Of a DNA stretch of 64,000 nt, positions 1 through 9,471 are shown one piece after another. Source of the stretch: Candidatus Neomicrothrix sp. GTDB lineage: Bacteria > Actinomycetota > Acidimicrobiia > Acidimicrobiales > Aldehydirespiratoraceae. How positions within the stretch are numbered: position 1 is the first letter of the stretch; each line of letters opens with the position of its first letter. The notes under the pieces were generated by a model, which ran no database searches, was not told where the DNA came from, and saw only the letters and a program-made list of their open reading frames with translations. Location: assembly GCA_017852795.1 (NCBI GenBank), contig JAFMKU010000001.1, positions 43,127 through 107,126 of the forward strand, read 5' to 3'. The position numbers and the translations under genes were made by a program.

Positions 1-1686
1 CCCCGCCGCCTCCGCTAACTGCTCTTTGGTCGAAACGGTCAAGGCCCGACCGTCAGCGGTAACGAAACCGCCCCGGACGGTGGGTACCGAACGAGCAATC
101 CGGTCAACGAAGCCAGGCGCGAGCGCGGCACCGATCCTTTCAAGGGGAGCATCAGCCGGGGACAAACCGATCGCAATTCCCGCTCGGGCTGCCAACTGTC
201 GGGCTCGGTCACGGACTTGGCGGATCGCTCGGCCGTCAGCGGCCGGATGATCCGCATCAGGGTCAACCACCAGCCGGACCCGTTCGGCGAGATCGACCGG
301 GAGTTCAGCGGGTCGCCCACGAAGCAAGTCACGATCGTCAAGCACGGCAGCTAGCACACAGGCCAACCAACCACCGCTTGGCTCAACGACCATCCGGGCC
401 AAGCGGGGATGCACTGGAAGCGCGGCCATTACTCGACCCCGTTCCGCGATCTGGTGGTGTTCGTCGATCGCTCCGAGTTCTTGAAGCAGCGCCAGTGCAC
501 GTTCCCAGGACCGGGCCGAAGGTGCAGTCAGGAACGGAAGCGCGCCCGGGTCGGTTAGGCCCCGGCGGGCCAAATCAAGGGCCAGCGAACTGAGGTCTTC
601 GTCCACGATGGCTGGGGTTGGTTCAGGCGGGCGGCTGGCATGGTCGGCTTTCGACCAGAGCCGAAGGGCAATCCCTGGTCCTAACCGCCCAGCCCGTCCC
701 GCTCGTTGCTCGGCCGAGGCTCGGCTACAGGCCACGGTGCGCAGACGGTTCATGCCGACCGACGGGTCATAGCGGGCCACCCGCTCGAGCCCCGAGTCGA
801 CCACCGCGCCGATCCCTTCCACCGTTAGCGACGTCTCGGCGATGTTGGTGGCCAGCACGATCCGGCGATGGGTCCGGGCCAGCAGTGCCGCATCCTGTTC
901 GGCCGCGGGCAATGAACCGTGCAGAGGCAGAATCGTCGGACCATCCGGGCCAAGTTCGGCGGTCAGCGCCCGTTCGACCTGCCGGATTTCGCCCACTCCA
1001 GGCAGAAAGACCAGAACATCCTGACCGCCTTTGAGAGCTTCGCGAACGGCGCCAACCACCGAAGGCACCAGCGGAGCGCGCGGTTTGCGAGGCCGCCAGC
1101 GAACCTCCACCGGAAAGGTACGTCCCGGGCTGGTAACCACCGGAGCGCCCCCAAGATGAGCGGCAATCGCGTCGGCGTTGATCGTCGCTGACATCACCAG
1201 CAGTCGGGTGTCATGATCATTTCGGAGGCGGCCAAGCAGAAACAGCGCTAGGCCGGTATCGCCGGGCAGGGAACGTTCGTGGAACTCGTCAAATATGACC
1301 ATTCCGACGTTGGACAGCGCCGGATCGTCAACCAGCCAGGCGGTTAGTACCCCTTCGGTCACCACCAGAATCCGGGTCGAATCGCTGACTGCTCGATCAT
1401 CGCGGGTAATCCAACCGACGGTCTGCCCCGGCTGTTCACCAAGCAGGTGGGCCATACGCCGAGCCGCGGCCCGAGCCGCCATCCGGCGAGGTTCGAGCAT
1501 CACGATCCTCCGGCCCGCCAACCACGGCTCGTTGAGCAACCGCAGCGGAACCAGCGTCGTCTTGCCAGCCCCCGGCTCGGCGGTCAACACGGCCTGGCCT
1601 GCCGCGGCGAGCGCGGCCCGGAGTTCGCCGAAAACGGCTTCGACAGGTAGGTCGGTTGGCGGAAGAGAACTCGTCACTGCATGCAT
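1..1686 (-). CDS. hrpB: ATP-dependent DEAH-box helicase, HrpB-like (N-terminal ~560 aa; C-terminus lies beyond the window edge)
   Basis: Absent from the ORF track because it has no stop inside the window. My translation of the minus strand from ATG 1686 (alt. GTG 1677) gives LTAEPGAGKTTLVPL (Walker A), VIFDEFHERS (DEFH box), VLATNIAETSLTVEGI and SAEQRAGRAGR (motif VI). Confidence 0.85.
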   Translation of the reverse strand, partial: MHAVTSSLPPTDLPVEAVFGELRAALAAAGQAVLTAEPGAGKTTLVPLRLLNEPWLAGRRIVMLEPRRMAARAAARRMAHLLGEQPGQTVGWITRDDRAVSDSTRILVVTEGVLTAWLVDDPALSNVGMVIFDEFHERSLPGDTGLALFLLGRLRNDHDTRLLVMSATINADAIAAHLGGAPVVTSPGRTFPVEVRWRPRKPRAPLVPSVVGAVREALKGGQDVLVFLPGVGEIRQVERALTAELGPDGPTILPLHGSLPAAEQDAALLARTHRRIVLATNIAETSLTVEGIGAVVDSGLERVARYDPSVGMNRLRTVACSRASAEQRAGRAGRLGPGIALRLWSKADHASRPPEPTPAIVDEDLSSLALDLARRGLTDPGALPFLTAPSARSWERALALLQELGAIDEHHQIAERGRVMAALPVHPRLARMVVEPSGGWLACVLAAVLDDRDLLRGRPAELPVDLAERVRLVVDPDADHPAADGRAIRQVRDRARQLAARAGIAIGLSPADAPLERIGAALAPGFVDRIARSVPTVRGGFVTADGRALTVSTKEQLAEAAG

Positions 1687-1719
1687 CTTGCCGTACGAAG
1701 TTGTGACAGGCTCCACGAC

Positions 1720-2598
1720 GTGCAGGTTCATCTGATCGACGGCACCTACGAGCTGTTTCGGTTTCACTACGCAAAGTTCAACCGGGACCCGCGGCTCGGA
1801 GCGCAACGAGGCGTGTTGAACACGCTGCTGGACCTCATCGCTGACGGCGCAACCCATCTCGGCGTCGCCACCGATCACGTTGTTGAATCGTTTCGCAACG
1901 ACCTCTGGCCGGACTACAAAGACGGTCAAGACATCGAACCCAACCTTCGAGCCCAGTTCACTGAACTCGAAGAACTGCTGACCCTGGCCGGGTTTGTGGT
2001 CTGGCCGCAGGTGATCTTTGAAGCCGACGATGCGTTGGCAGCCGCCGCGGCGATGGCAGCCAACGACGACCGGGTCGCTTCGGTGCAGATCTGCACCGCC
2101 GACAAAGATCTGGCCCAATGTGTCACGGCCGACGGGCGGGTCGTGCAATTCGACCGGCGACGAGAGATCACCTACGACCACGCCGGGGTGGTGGAAAAGT
2201 TCGGAGTCGCTCCCGCGTCTATCCCCGATTATCTCGGGTTGGTGGGCGACAGCGCTGACGGGTTTCCTGGCCTGGCCGGGTGGGGAGCGAAGTCAGCGGC
2301 GACGGTGTTGGCCCGATACGGACACATCGAAATGATCCCCGCTGACTACGACGATTGGGACATCACGGTGCGGGGTGGTGTTGGGCTGGCGACCACCTTG
2401 CGTGAACAACGAGACGCGGCGTTGTTGTTCCGCCGGATCGCGACCGTCGATCGAGACGCTCCGGTGAGTCGGCGGGTCGACGAACTCCAATGGCGGGGAC
2501 CTCAGCCTGGCTTTGACGACCGATGCGGCGAGATCGGTGCCGACCGTCAACGCCAACGAACCCACCAACTCTGGAAGGACTTTCCGCATGAACCGTGA
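1720..2598 (+). CDS. 5'-3' exonuclease (FEN/PIN-like domain plus H3TH)
   Basis: ORF 1681..2598; start taken at in-frame GTG 1720 (VQVHLIDGTYELFRFHYA resembles the family N-terminus). Acidic core EADDALAA and CTADKDLAQ; H3TH-like IPDYLGLVGDSADGFPGLAGWGAKSA. Confidence 0.8.
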   Translation: MQVHLIDGTYELFRFHYAKFNRDPRLGAQRGVLNTLLDLIADGATHLGVATDHVVESFRNDLWPDYKDGQDIEPNLRAQFTELEELLTLAGFVVWPQVIFEADDALAAAAAMAANDDRVASVQICTADKDLAQCVTADGRVVQFDRRREITYDHAGVVEKFGVAPASIPDYLGLVGDSADGFPGLAGWGAKSAATVLARYGHIEMIPADYDDWDITVRGGVGLATTLREQRDAALLFRRIATVDRDAPVSRRVDELQWRGPQPGFDDRCGEIGADRQRQRTHQLWKDFPHEP

Positions 2599-3241
2599 CC
2601 GAGCCCTCACCATCGCCGAGAACCAAAGTTCGGAACTCGCCGAACGATTGAGGTTCATCTACGAACTTGATCAGCTCAAAAACGTGCTGCGGCAAAGCCA
2701 GTTGGCGGACGGGTCTCGGCGCGAGAACTCGGCCGAACACTCTTGGCATCTGGCCATGGTGGCGATGGCGATGGCGCCAATGGCCGACGAGCCCATCGAC
2801 ATCAACCAGGTGATCAAAATTCTGTTGGTTCACGATGTGGTTGAGATCGACGCGGGTGACGCGTTCATCTACGACGACGCCTTACGAGCAGAAGCCGAAG
2901 CTCAGGAAGAAGCCGCCGCGGCGCGGATCTTTGGGTTGCTCCCGGAAGCGCAGGCCAAAGAGTTTCGGGCGCTCTGGGATGAATACGAACAACGCAGCAC
3001 CCCTGAAGGCCGGTTCGCGTACGCCTGCGACCGGTTGCAGCCGCTCCTGCTGAACGTGGCGTTGGGTGGTGGGAGCTGGCAGAACCACGGTGTGACCGCC
3101 GATCGGGTCAAGGCCGTGAACGGAGCCATCGCCAACGGGCTGTCCACGGTTTGGGTCGCGGCCGAACAGATGATTGACGAAGCGGTCGAGGATGGCCAGT
3201 TGCGGCCAGCCCCTGACCGTCACGCCGGCACCGCCGGGTAG
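2588..3241 (+). CDS. HD-domain phosphohydrolase (YfbR-like 5'-deoxynucleotidase family)
   Basis: ORF 2513..3241; start taken at ATG 2588 (MNRDRAL), overlapping the upstream stop by 11 nt. H..HD..D signature: ENSAEHSWH and LLVHDVVEIDAGD. Confidence 0.75.
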   Translation: MNRDRALTIAENQSSELAERLRFIYELDQLKNVLRQSQLADGSRRENSAEHSWHLAMVAMAMAPMADEPIDINQVIKILLVHDVVEIDAGDAFIYDDALRAEAEAQEEAAAARIFGLLPEAQAKEFRALWDEYEQRSTPEGRFAYACDRLQPLLLNVALGGGSWQNHGVTADRVKAVNGAIANGLSTVWVAAEQMIDEAVEDGQLRPAPDRHAGTAG

Positions 3242-3246
3242 GCGGG

Positions 3247-3732
3247 TCAGGCCGGGAGGATCACCACGCCGTCACGGTCGGCAAACACCTGATCGCCGGG
3301 GTGGATGGTGACTCCGGCGAACGACACTGCTTGGCCGCGAATCCCCGCACCGAGCTTCTCGGTTTTGCGAGGGACGGTCCCTAGGGCGAACACGGCCAGG
3401 TCGGTTTCGGCCAACTCGTCGCAGTCGCGCACGGCGCCGTACACCACGAACCCTTCCCACCCATTGGCCGCGGCTTCGGCCGCTACGTTGCCGCCGACCA
3501 GCGACCGTCGCAGCGAACCGCCACCGTCGACCACCAACACCTGACCGGTGCCGGGCTCGGACACGGCTGCTTTCACCAACGAGTTGTCCTCAAAGACTTC
3601 GATGGTTACGGCCCGGCCTGCCAGTCGCGGTCGGCCACCCAGTGACCGCAAGGCAACGTCGAGGATCAGTACGTCGTCGTCGTGGTCATCGCAGATGTCA
3701 GAGGTAGGGCGAAAGGTTGCGGGACGGTTCAT
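3247..3732 (-). CDS. rraA: RraA family protein (RNase E regulator / 4-hydroxy-4-methyl-2-oxoglutarate aldolase fold)
   Basis: ORF 3247..3861; internal ATG 3732 (MNRPATFRPTSDICD) gives the ~160 aa typical of the family. Motifs VLVVDGGGSLRRSLVGGNVA and GTVPRKTEK. Confidence 0.8.
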   Translation of the reverse strand: MNRPATFRPTSDICDDHDDDVLILDVALRSLGGRPRLAGRAVTIEVFEDNSLVKAAVSEPGTGQVLVVDGGGSLRRSLVGGNVAAEAAANGWEGFVVYGAVRDCDELAETDLAVFALGTVPRKTEKLGAGIRGQAVSFAGVTIHPGDQVFADRDGVVILPA

Positions 3733-3826
3733 GATCCGATTCTGGCCCTTGACCGCTAGCCATGCCACCCCACCCGATGCTGCCGGTGATCCGGCAATCT
3801 TGCCAAGCAGGCGGCCGGGGGTGAGT

Positions 3827-4981
3827 ATGGGTGCCATGAGCGACGCCATCCGCCCCTTCACCCTTTCGGTTCGTGATCAGGATCTTGCCGATCTCCGAGC
3901 CCGACTCGCCGCTACTCGATGGGCCGAAGCCGAACCGGTCGATGACTGGAGCCAGGGCATTCCGCTGGCTTACACGCAGGAACTCTGTGACACCTGGGGT
4001 TCAACGTACGACTGGCGACGGTTCGAAGCGTCGGTCAATCACTACGACCAATTCCTTACCGAAATTGACGGGGTGGACATTCATTTTCTGCACGTGCGTT
4101 CCCCTCATCAGGACGCGACCCCGCTGATTCTCACCCACGGCTGGCCGGGGTCGTTTGCTGAGTTCATGGCGGTCATTGAACCGTTGACCAATCCGACCAA
4201 GTTCGGAGCCGATGGCGGCGATGCTTTTCATTTGGTGATCCCATCGCTTCCGGGTTACGGATGGAGTAGCAAGCCGCAACAGAGTGGTTGCGGTTTGGAT
4301 TGGATCGCTCGAGCGTGGAACACCTTGATGGTGCGGCTCGGCTACGACAGCTACGTGGCCCAAGGCGGCGACTGGGGTGGTGCGGTGACAACCACGATCG
4401 GTGTCCAGAACCTCGGCAACTGTCGAGCGATTCACACCAACATGCCGATCGCGGGACCGACCCCGGAGTCGTTGGAGAACCCCACTGAACAGGAGATGCA
4501 GGCGCTGGCGTCGTTCGAGCATTACGACAAGGTCGACTCGGGTTACTCCAAGCAGCAATCGACCCGACCGCAAACGCTGGGTTACGGGCTGGTTGACTCA
4601 CCGGCCGGGCAGGCCGCCTGGATCGGCGAAAAGATGTGGGCGTGGACCGACAACGACGGTCACCCCGAGAGCGCGCTGACCCGCGACCAGATCCTCGACA
4701 ACATCTCGATCTACTGGTTCAGTGCTTCGGCGGCCAGTTCGGGGCGTCTTTACTGGGAGAGCTTTGCTGATTTCGGGTCGGGTACCGTCACGATCCCGAC
4801 CGGTTGTTCGATCTTCCCCAAGGAGATCATTCGCTGCTCACGACGCTGGGCCGAACAGCGCTACACCCACATTCGCTACTGGAGTGAATGTGATCGGGGT
4901 GGGCATTTTGCGGCGTGGGAACAGCCGGAGCTTTTTGTTGACGAGCTGCGAGCGGCGTTTCGCGTGTTGCTCGCAGACTGA
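3827..4981 (+). CDS. Epoxide hydrolase (N-terminal EH domain plus alpha/beta hydrolase)
   Basis: ORF 3548..4981; start taken at ATG 3827 (MGAMSDAIRPFTL). Motifs IHFLHVRS, LILTHGWPGSFAEF, AQGGDWGG and C-terminal GGHFAAWEQPELF. Confidence 0.85.
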   Translation: MGAMSDAIRPFTLSVRDQDLADLRARLAATRWAEAEPVDDWSQGIPLAYTQELCDTWGSTYDWRRFEASVNHYDQFLTEIDGVDIHFLHVRSPHQDATPLILTHGWPGSFAEFMAVIEPLTNPTKFGADGGDAFHLVIPSLPGYGWSSKPQQSGCGLDWIARAWNTLMVRLGYDSYVAQGGDWGGAVTTTIGVQNLGNCRAIHTNMPIAGPTPESLENPTEQEMQALASFEHYDKVDSGYSKQQSTRPQTLGYGLVDSPAGQAAWIGEKMWAWTDNDGHPESALTRDQILDNISIYWFSASAASSGRLYWESFADFGSGTVTIPTGCSIFPKEIIRCSRRWAEQRYTHIRYWSECDRGGHFAAWEQPELFVDELRAAFRVLLAD

Positions 4982-5236
4982 CCGGCTGCTGGTGCCGCGG
5001 TGGGGGTCAGCTTTGGGGTGGGCGGAAAATGATCCGGAGAACGTTCCGCCAAGGTCGGTGCTTTCCAGAGTTTCGAGTTCGTCGGAGAGTCGAACGATGG
5101 CCCCTCCGGCTTCCACCAGCGCCAGAGTCATCCCCGCGTGTTCGATGACGTTGGTGTTGGCCGTGCCTTCACTGTTATGAAACCGCGGCCCGGGGGTTAT
5201 GGGTCGACCCGATGCCCACCATGGTAGGTGGTGGGT

Positions 5237-5821
5237 TTAGCTGAGTGCCCCTCCGCTCCATTCGGCACCTCGTCGAGCGTCGGCTAGGCGATCCAAAAGC
5301 CGTTCCGGGTCTGGATCGTCAAGCAGGAGCGGACGGTTCTTGGCCCGAAGCACTCCACGATCCACCATCTGGTCGAGTAGGGAAAGCAGCGGCTGCCAGA
5401 AGCCGTCGACGTCGAGCACACCGATGGGTTTGCTCAGCAACCCAATCTGATTCCAGGTCAGCGTCTCGGCGAGTTCCTCCAAGGTGCCGAAGCCACCAGG
5501 GAGCGCAATGAACGCGTCGGCAAGTTCGTACATACGAGCCTTGCGTTCGTGCATCGTCGAAACCTCTTCGAGGCTGGTGAGACCGGTATGGCCAACCTCG
5601 CGGGAGAACAGTCCTTTGGGGATGACGCCGGTGACGGTCCCACCGGCTTCCATCACAGTGTCGGCGACCAATCCCATCAGGCCCACCGCACCACCTCCGT
5701 AGACCAGACCGATCCCTCGGTCGGCCAACAACCGGCCAATTCGAATGGTGCTTTCGGTGATCGCTGGGCTGTTTCCGGCCGACGAGGCACAGAAGACGCA
5801 AACTCGTTGCAGCTCGCTCAT
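5237..5821 (-). CDS. LOG family cytokinin riboside 5'-monophosphate phosphoribohydrolase (TIGR00730-type)
   Basis: 194 aa; VYGGGAVGLMG and the family signature PGGFGTLEELAE. Confidence 0.85.
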   Translation of the reverse strand: MSELQRVCVFCASSAGNSPAITESTIRIGRLLADRGIGLVYGGGAVGLMGLVADTVMEAGGTVTGVIPKGLFSREVGHTGLTSLEEVSTMHERKARMYELADAFIALPGGFGTLEELAETLTWNQIGLLSKPIGVLDVDGFWQPLLSLLDQMVDRGVLRAKNRPLLLDDPDPERLLDRLADARRGAEWSGGALS

Positions 5822-5834
5822 AGATGCGACCCTA
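5819..5834 (-). promoter_or_regulatory. Candidate -10 for a leaderless LOG transcript
   Basis: Minus strand: TAGGGT (5834-5829), 7 nt, then ATG 5821. No SD. Confidence 0.4.
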
Positions 5835-5836
5835 GC

Positions 5837-5850
5837 TAGCGTTGGGCATG
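5837..5850 (+). promoter_or_regulatory. Candidate -10 for a leaderless LLM oxidoreductase transcript
   Basis: TAGCGT (5837-5842), 5 nt, then ATG 5848. No SD. The spacing is one nt shorter than in the other cases. Confidence 0.35.
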
Positions 5851-6639
5851 CATCACGCCCTCTACGTTGCGCCGTTCGGCCGTTTGGCTGACCCCATTCG
5901 GCTGGAGGAACTCGCGGTGCTCGCGGAAACTACCGGTTGGGATGGAGTCTTTCTCTGGGACCATGTGCTTCGCCCCGACGCGAACGAAATCGCTGACCCG
6001 TGGGTCTGTCTGGCGGTGATGGCGAGGGCGACGACACGCATCCGGTTAGGTCCGATGGTGACCCCTTTGGTTCGACGTCGCCTCATCAAACTGGCTCGAG
6101 AAGTGCTCAGCGTTGATTTGCTCAGCGAAGGTCGGTTGACGTTGGGCTTGGGGCTGGGGGTGGACAGCGGCGGTGAACTCTCCCGGTTCGATGAACGGGT
6201 CGATCCGATCGAACGCGGCGAGTTACTTAGCGAAGGCGCAGCGGTGCTCGCAGAGCTGCTGAGTGGCGAGATGGTCAGCCATCGGGGCAAGTTCTTTACC
6301 GTCGATGAGGTGACGTTGGCCCCCCGCCCAGTTCAACACCCCCGACCGCCATTTTGGTTCGCGGCCCGCGGATCGGCCCCGCGTCCGGTGCGTCGAGCGG
6401 CGGGATACGAAGGACTGTTCCCCATCGACGTCGATGCCGATGATTACCAGCGAATCCTTGATGAACTGGTTGCCGAACGGGGCTCGCTGGACGGTTTTGA
6501 CATTGCGGTACGGACGGCTCCAGGCCAGCAACTTCCGACCTTCGCGGCGTCGACCGCAACCTGGCACGTGCAGGCCTGGCCGGTACGAACTGACCTGGAT
6601 CTGCTATTCGACACGGTGGCTGCCGGGCCACCGGGCTAG
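5848..6639 (+). CDS. LLM-class (luciferase-like) flavin/F420-dependent oxidoreductase
   Basis: ORF 5842..6639 (TTG); ATG 5848 preferred. Pattern typical of luciferase-like monooxygenase family proteins: GWDGVFLWDH, RIRLGPMVTP, GRLTLGLGLG. Confidence 0.75.
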   Translation: MHHALYVAPFGRLADPIRLEELAVLAETTGWDGVFLWDHVLRPDANEIADPWVCLAVMARATTRIRLGPMVTPLVRRRLIKLAREVLSVDLLSEGRLTLGLGLGVDSGGELSRFDERVDPIERGELLSEGAAVLAELLSGEMVSHRGKFFTVDEVTLAPRPVQHPRPPFWFAARGSAPRPVRRAAGYEGLFPIDVDADDYQRILDELVAERGSLDGFDIAVRTAPGQQLPTFAASTATWHVQAWPVRTDLDLLFDTVAAGPPG

Positions 6640-6651
6640 ATTTGCTCCGTG
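6637..6651 (+). promoter_or_regulatory. Candidate -10 for a leaderless pccB transcript
   Basis: TAGATT (6637-6642), 6 nt, then GTG 6649. No SD. The TAG is also the stop codon of the upstream gene. Confidence 0.5.
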
Positions 6652-8205
6652 GCCGATTCATCTATGCAAGCCAAAGTCGACGACCTTCAGGAACGAAAGC
6701 AGGCCGCAATCAACGCGGGTTCGGAGCGGTCGGTTCAACGCCAGCACGACAAAGGCAAAATGCTTGCCCGGGAGCGGATCGATTACCTGCTGGACCCGGG
6801 TTCGTTTCATGAACTCGACATGCTGGCTCGGCACCGGGCCCATGAGGCCGGGTTGGAAGAACGCCCTTACACCGACGGGGTGATCACCGGTTGGGGCACG
6901 GTTGACGGCCGCAAGGTGTTTGTCTTTTCGCAGGACTTCACGGTGATGGGTGGCGCGCTGGGTGAGGTGTTTGCCGAGAAGCTCCACAAGGTGATGGATC
7001 TGGCGTTGGCGACTGGTGCGCCGATGGTGGGACTCAACGACGGAGCCGGTGCCCGAATCCAAGAAGGCGTGGTCAGCCTCGACGGGTACGGCGGGATCTT
7101 CTACCGCAACGTTCAAGCCTCGGGCGTTATCCCGCAGATCTCGGTGATCCTTGGCCCGTGCGCGGGCGGCGCGGTGTACAGCCCGGCCATGACCGACTTC
7201 ATCTTCATGGTGCGCGAGAAGTCGCACATGTTCATCACCGGTCCGGATGTGGTGAAAACGGTGACCGGTGAGGAAGTCACGTTGGAAGAATTGGGTGGCG
7301 CGGGTTCGCACAGCACCAAATCCGGGGTGGCGACTTTCGTGGCCAACAGCGAAGAAGAAGTGTTGGATCAGGTCAAAGACCTTCTGGCGTTCCTTCCGGC
7401 CAACAACCTCGAACAGCCGCCACGGCGAGAGATCGGTGACGATCCTGAACGCTTGTGCCCGGCGCTGACCACCTTGCTTCCGGAAAGCCCCAACGTCCCC
7501 TACGACATGAAGCAGGTCATTTCTGAAGTCGTCGATGACGGGGACTTCTTCGAGTACCACGCAGCGTGGGGTCGCAGCATTGTGTGCGGGTTTGCCCGGG
7601 TCGATGGACGCCCGATCGGTGTGGTTGGCAACCAGCCGATGATGTTGGCCGGTGTGCTCGACATCGAATCGTCCGAAAAAGCCGCCCGGTTCGTTCGGAC
7701 CTGTGATGCCTTCAACATTCCGCTCCTGACCTTTGTTGATGTTCCTGGTTTTCTGCCCGGCGTTGACCAGGAATACGGCGGGATCATTCGTCACGGGGCG
7801 AAGCTGCTTTACGCCTACTGCGAAGCGACGGTTCCCAGGATTCAGGTCATCACCCGCAAGGCCTACGGTGGGGCGTACGTGGTGATGGACTCCAAGGGTG
7901 TGGGTTGTGACCTGTCCTACGCGTGGCCGACCGCAGAGTTGGCGGTGATGGGTCCGCAGGGCGCGGTGGAGATCATCCATCGTCGTGAGCTCGCCGATGC
8001 GGCCGACCCGGCCAAGCGCCGGGCCGAGCTGGTCGAGGACTACACCCAGCGACTCGCTAACCCGTATCTGGCCGCCGAACGGGGCTACGTCGACGACGTG
8101 ATCGACCCGGCCGAAACCCGCCGCAAGGTCGTGGCTGGCTTCCGGCTGTTGGAATCGAAACGGGAACGTATTCCCGAACGCAAGCACGGAAACGTGCCGC
8201 TGTAG
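6649..8205 (+). CDS. pccB: Acyl-CoA (propionyl-CoA) carboxylase carboxyltransferase beta subunit
   Basis: 518 aa. Strong family pattern: ARERIDYLLDPGSF, GWGTVDGRKVFVFSQDFTVMGGALGE, GLNDGAGARIQEG, ILGPCAGGAVYSPAMTDF, KAYGGAYVVM. Confidence 0.93.
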   Translation: MADSSMQAKVDDLQERKQAAINAGSERSVQRQHDKGKMLARERIDYLLDPGSFHELDMLARHRAHEAGLEERPYTDGVITGWGTVDGRKVFVFSQDFTVMGGALGEVFAEKLHKVMDLALATGAPMVGLNDGAGARIQEGVVSLDGYGGIFYRNVQASGVIPQISVILGPCAGGAVYSPAMTDFIFMVREKSHMFITGPDVVKTVTGEEVTLEELGGAGSHSTKSGVATFVANSEEEVLDQVKDLLAFLPANNLEQPPRREIGDDPERLCPALTTLLPESPNVPYDMKQVISEVVDDGDFFEYHAAWGRSIVCGFARVDGRPIGVVGNQPMMLAGVLDIESSEKAARFVRTCDAFNIPLLTFVDVPGFLPGVDQEYGGIIRHGAKLLYAYCEATVPRIQVITRKAYGGAYVVMDSKGVGCDLSYAWPTAELAVMGPQGAVEIIHRRELADAADPAKRRAELVEDYTQRLANPYLAAERGYVDDVIDPAETRRKVVAGFRLLESKRERIPERKHGNVPL

Positions 8206-8216
8206 GGCTGGGTTTG

Positions 8217-8387
8217 ATGTTTGACGTTCACCCGCATCCCAGCGACGAAGAACTGGCGGCGATCATGTCGGCGGTCGCTCTGCTGTGGCCCAAGCCTCAG
8301 ACCGCGACCACCCCGGAGCCGCCGATGCGGTGGCGCTTTGCTGGTCGCCCCTGGCAGGGACGGCCTAGCTACGGCGGTTGGCGTTAG
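8217..8387 (+). CDS. accE: Acyl-CoA carboxylase epsilon subunit (56 aa)
   Basis: Below the ORF-track size cut-off. ATG 8217 lies 11 nt after the pccB stop. Translation: MFDVHPHPSDEELAAIMSAVALLWPKPQTATTPEPPMRWRFAGRPWQGRPSYGGWR. The PSDEELAA..A.. core and Trp/Arg-rich tail are typical of ACC epsilon peptides that follow accD/pccB in actinobacteria. Confidence 0.65.
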   Translation: MFDVHPHPSDEELAAIMSAVALLWPKPQTATTPEPPMRWRFAGRPWQGRPSYGGWR

Positions 8388-9364
8388 CCGATCCGGCTGC
8401 GGAGTTCGTCGAGCCAGTCGGAGGCGTCGCGAACGCCGTCTCGGTTAGCGGTCTGAACCTCGTTGGTCCCGTACGCCGACGGGTACGAACCAAGGAACTT
8501 CACGAGACCCTGCTTCATGTGAATGTTGCGGAGCGCGTCGGCGACCACTTCGTCGCTGAGGTGGCCTTCGCAGTCGATCAGAAAGCAGTAATGGCCGAGG
8601 CCCTGGCGACTTGGGCGGCTTTCGAGACGGGTCAGGTTGATCGAACGGGCTGCGAATTCCTGAAGGATCCCAACCAGCGAACCGGGGGCATCGCTTCGTT
8701 GATGGATGAGGATTGAGGTCTTGTCGTGCCCCGACGGAGCGGTGATGCGGTCCCGGCCTACCAGAACGAACCGGGTCTGGTTGTCGGGATGGTCCTCAAT
8801 GTCGGCTACCAGCACATCGAGCCCGTAAACCTCGGCGGATCGAGCCGGGGCGATCGCTGCGGTGTCCCGGCGGCCGGAGCTTGCCAACTCGCGGGCGGCA
8901 TCGGCGGTCGAATTGGTGGCTTCGATGGTGGCGTGCCCCAAGGAATCGGCGAGGAAGCGACGGCACTGGGCGTAGGCCACCGGATGCGAACGCACTCGGG
9001 TGATCTCCTCGGCGGAAACCCCGGGGAGCGTCAACAAGTTGAGGTTGATGTTGATGACGACCTCGCGCTGGATCAGCAACTGGTCGGATTCGAACGCGAG
9101 GGTGTCGAGGGTGGCATTGACCGATCCTTCGATCATGTTCTCAATGGCGGCGAAGCCATAGTCGACGTCACCGCGTTCGGCCGCCCGGAGTACTTCGACG
9201 ATGCTGCCGTAGGGGCGCAGGTCGGCCGCGGCGAGGTCGGGTTCACCGCACAGGGCCTGTTCGGTGAAGGTTCCCTGAGGGCCGAGGTATCCGATGGTGG
9301 CGGAGGGATCGAAGGTGGTCACGGCCTCCGAGGATACGGGGCCGTGGTCTTGCTTGTGGCGCAT
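8384..9364 (-). CDS. pheA: Prephenate dehydratase with C-terminal ACT domain
   Basis: 326 aa; IGYLGPQGTFTEQA, AIENMIEGSV, NQTRFVLVG, TSILI...APGSLVGILQEFAARSINLTRLESRPS (ACT). The 3' end overlaps the accE stop convergently. Confidence 0.9.
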   Translation of the reverse strand: MRHKQDHGPVSSEAVTTFDPSATIGYLGPQGTFTEQALCGEPDLAAADLRPYGSIVEVLRAAERGDVDYGFAAIENMIEGSVNATLDTLAFESDQLLIQREVVININLNLLTLPGVSAEEITRVRSHPVAYAQCRRFLADSLGHATIEATNSTADAARELASSGRRDTAAIAPARSAEVYGLDVLVADIEDHPDNQTRFVLVGRDRITAPSGHDKTSILIHQRSDAPGSLVGILQEFAARSINLTRLESRPSRQGLGHYCFLIDCEGHLSDEVVADALRNIHMKQGLVKFLGSYPSAYGTNEVQTANRDGVRDASDWLDELRSRIG

Positions 9365-9432
9365 CGGCGGTCAGCGACGTTTCAGAACGCGACCCGAACC
9401 AGACCCCAGTATTACGTCTCTAGCGTCAAGTG

Positions 9433-9471
9433 TTGTTCAATATGTAATGGCCGAGGTAGGGTTTGGCCATG
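9433..9471 (+). promoter_or_regulatory. Candidate promoter for a leaderless desaturase operon
   Basis: TTGTTC (9433-9438), 18 nt, TAGGGT (9457-9462), 6 nt, then ATG 9469. It lies in a locally AT-rich divergent region shared with pheA. Confidence 0.5.

Noticed and set aside
4838-5131. 97 aa minus-strand ORF in the convergent gap between the epoxide hydrolase and LOG genes.
   Set aside because: Half of it overlaps the epoxide hydrolase 3' end. It has no SD or -10 and no recognisable motif. A shorter genuine peptide cannot be excluded, but nothing supports it.
6658-8187. 509 aa ORF antisense to pccB. Similar long antisense ORFs lie opposite dnaK (26196..28022), clpB (32623..34053), malic enzyme (37234..38577), the FadH-like gene (38578..39753), ctaD (48167..49519), ctaG (50913..51956), serS (52109..53326) and hspR/GT (29831..30808).
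   Set aside because: These are typical high-GC shadow frames. Their products are Arg/His/Gly/Pro-rich with no recognisable motifs, while the opposite strand encodes highly conserved proteins across the same span.
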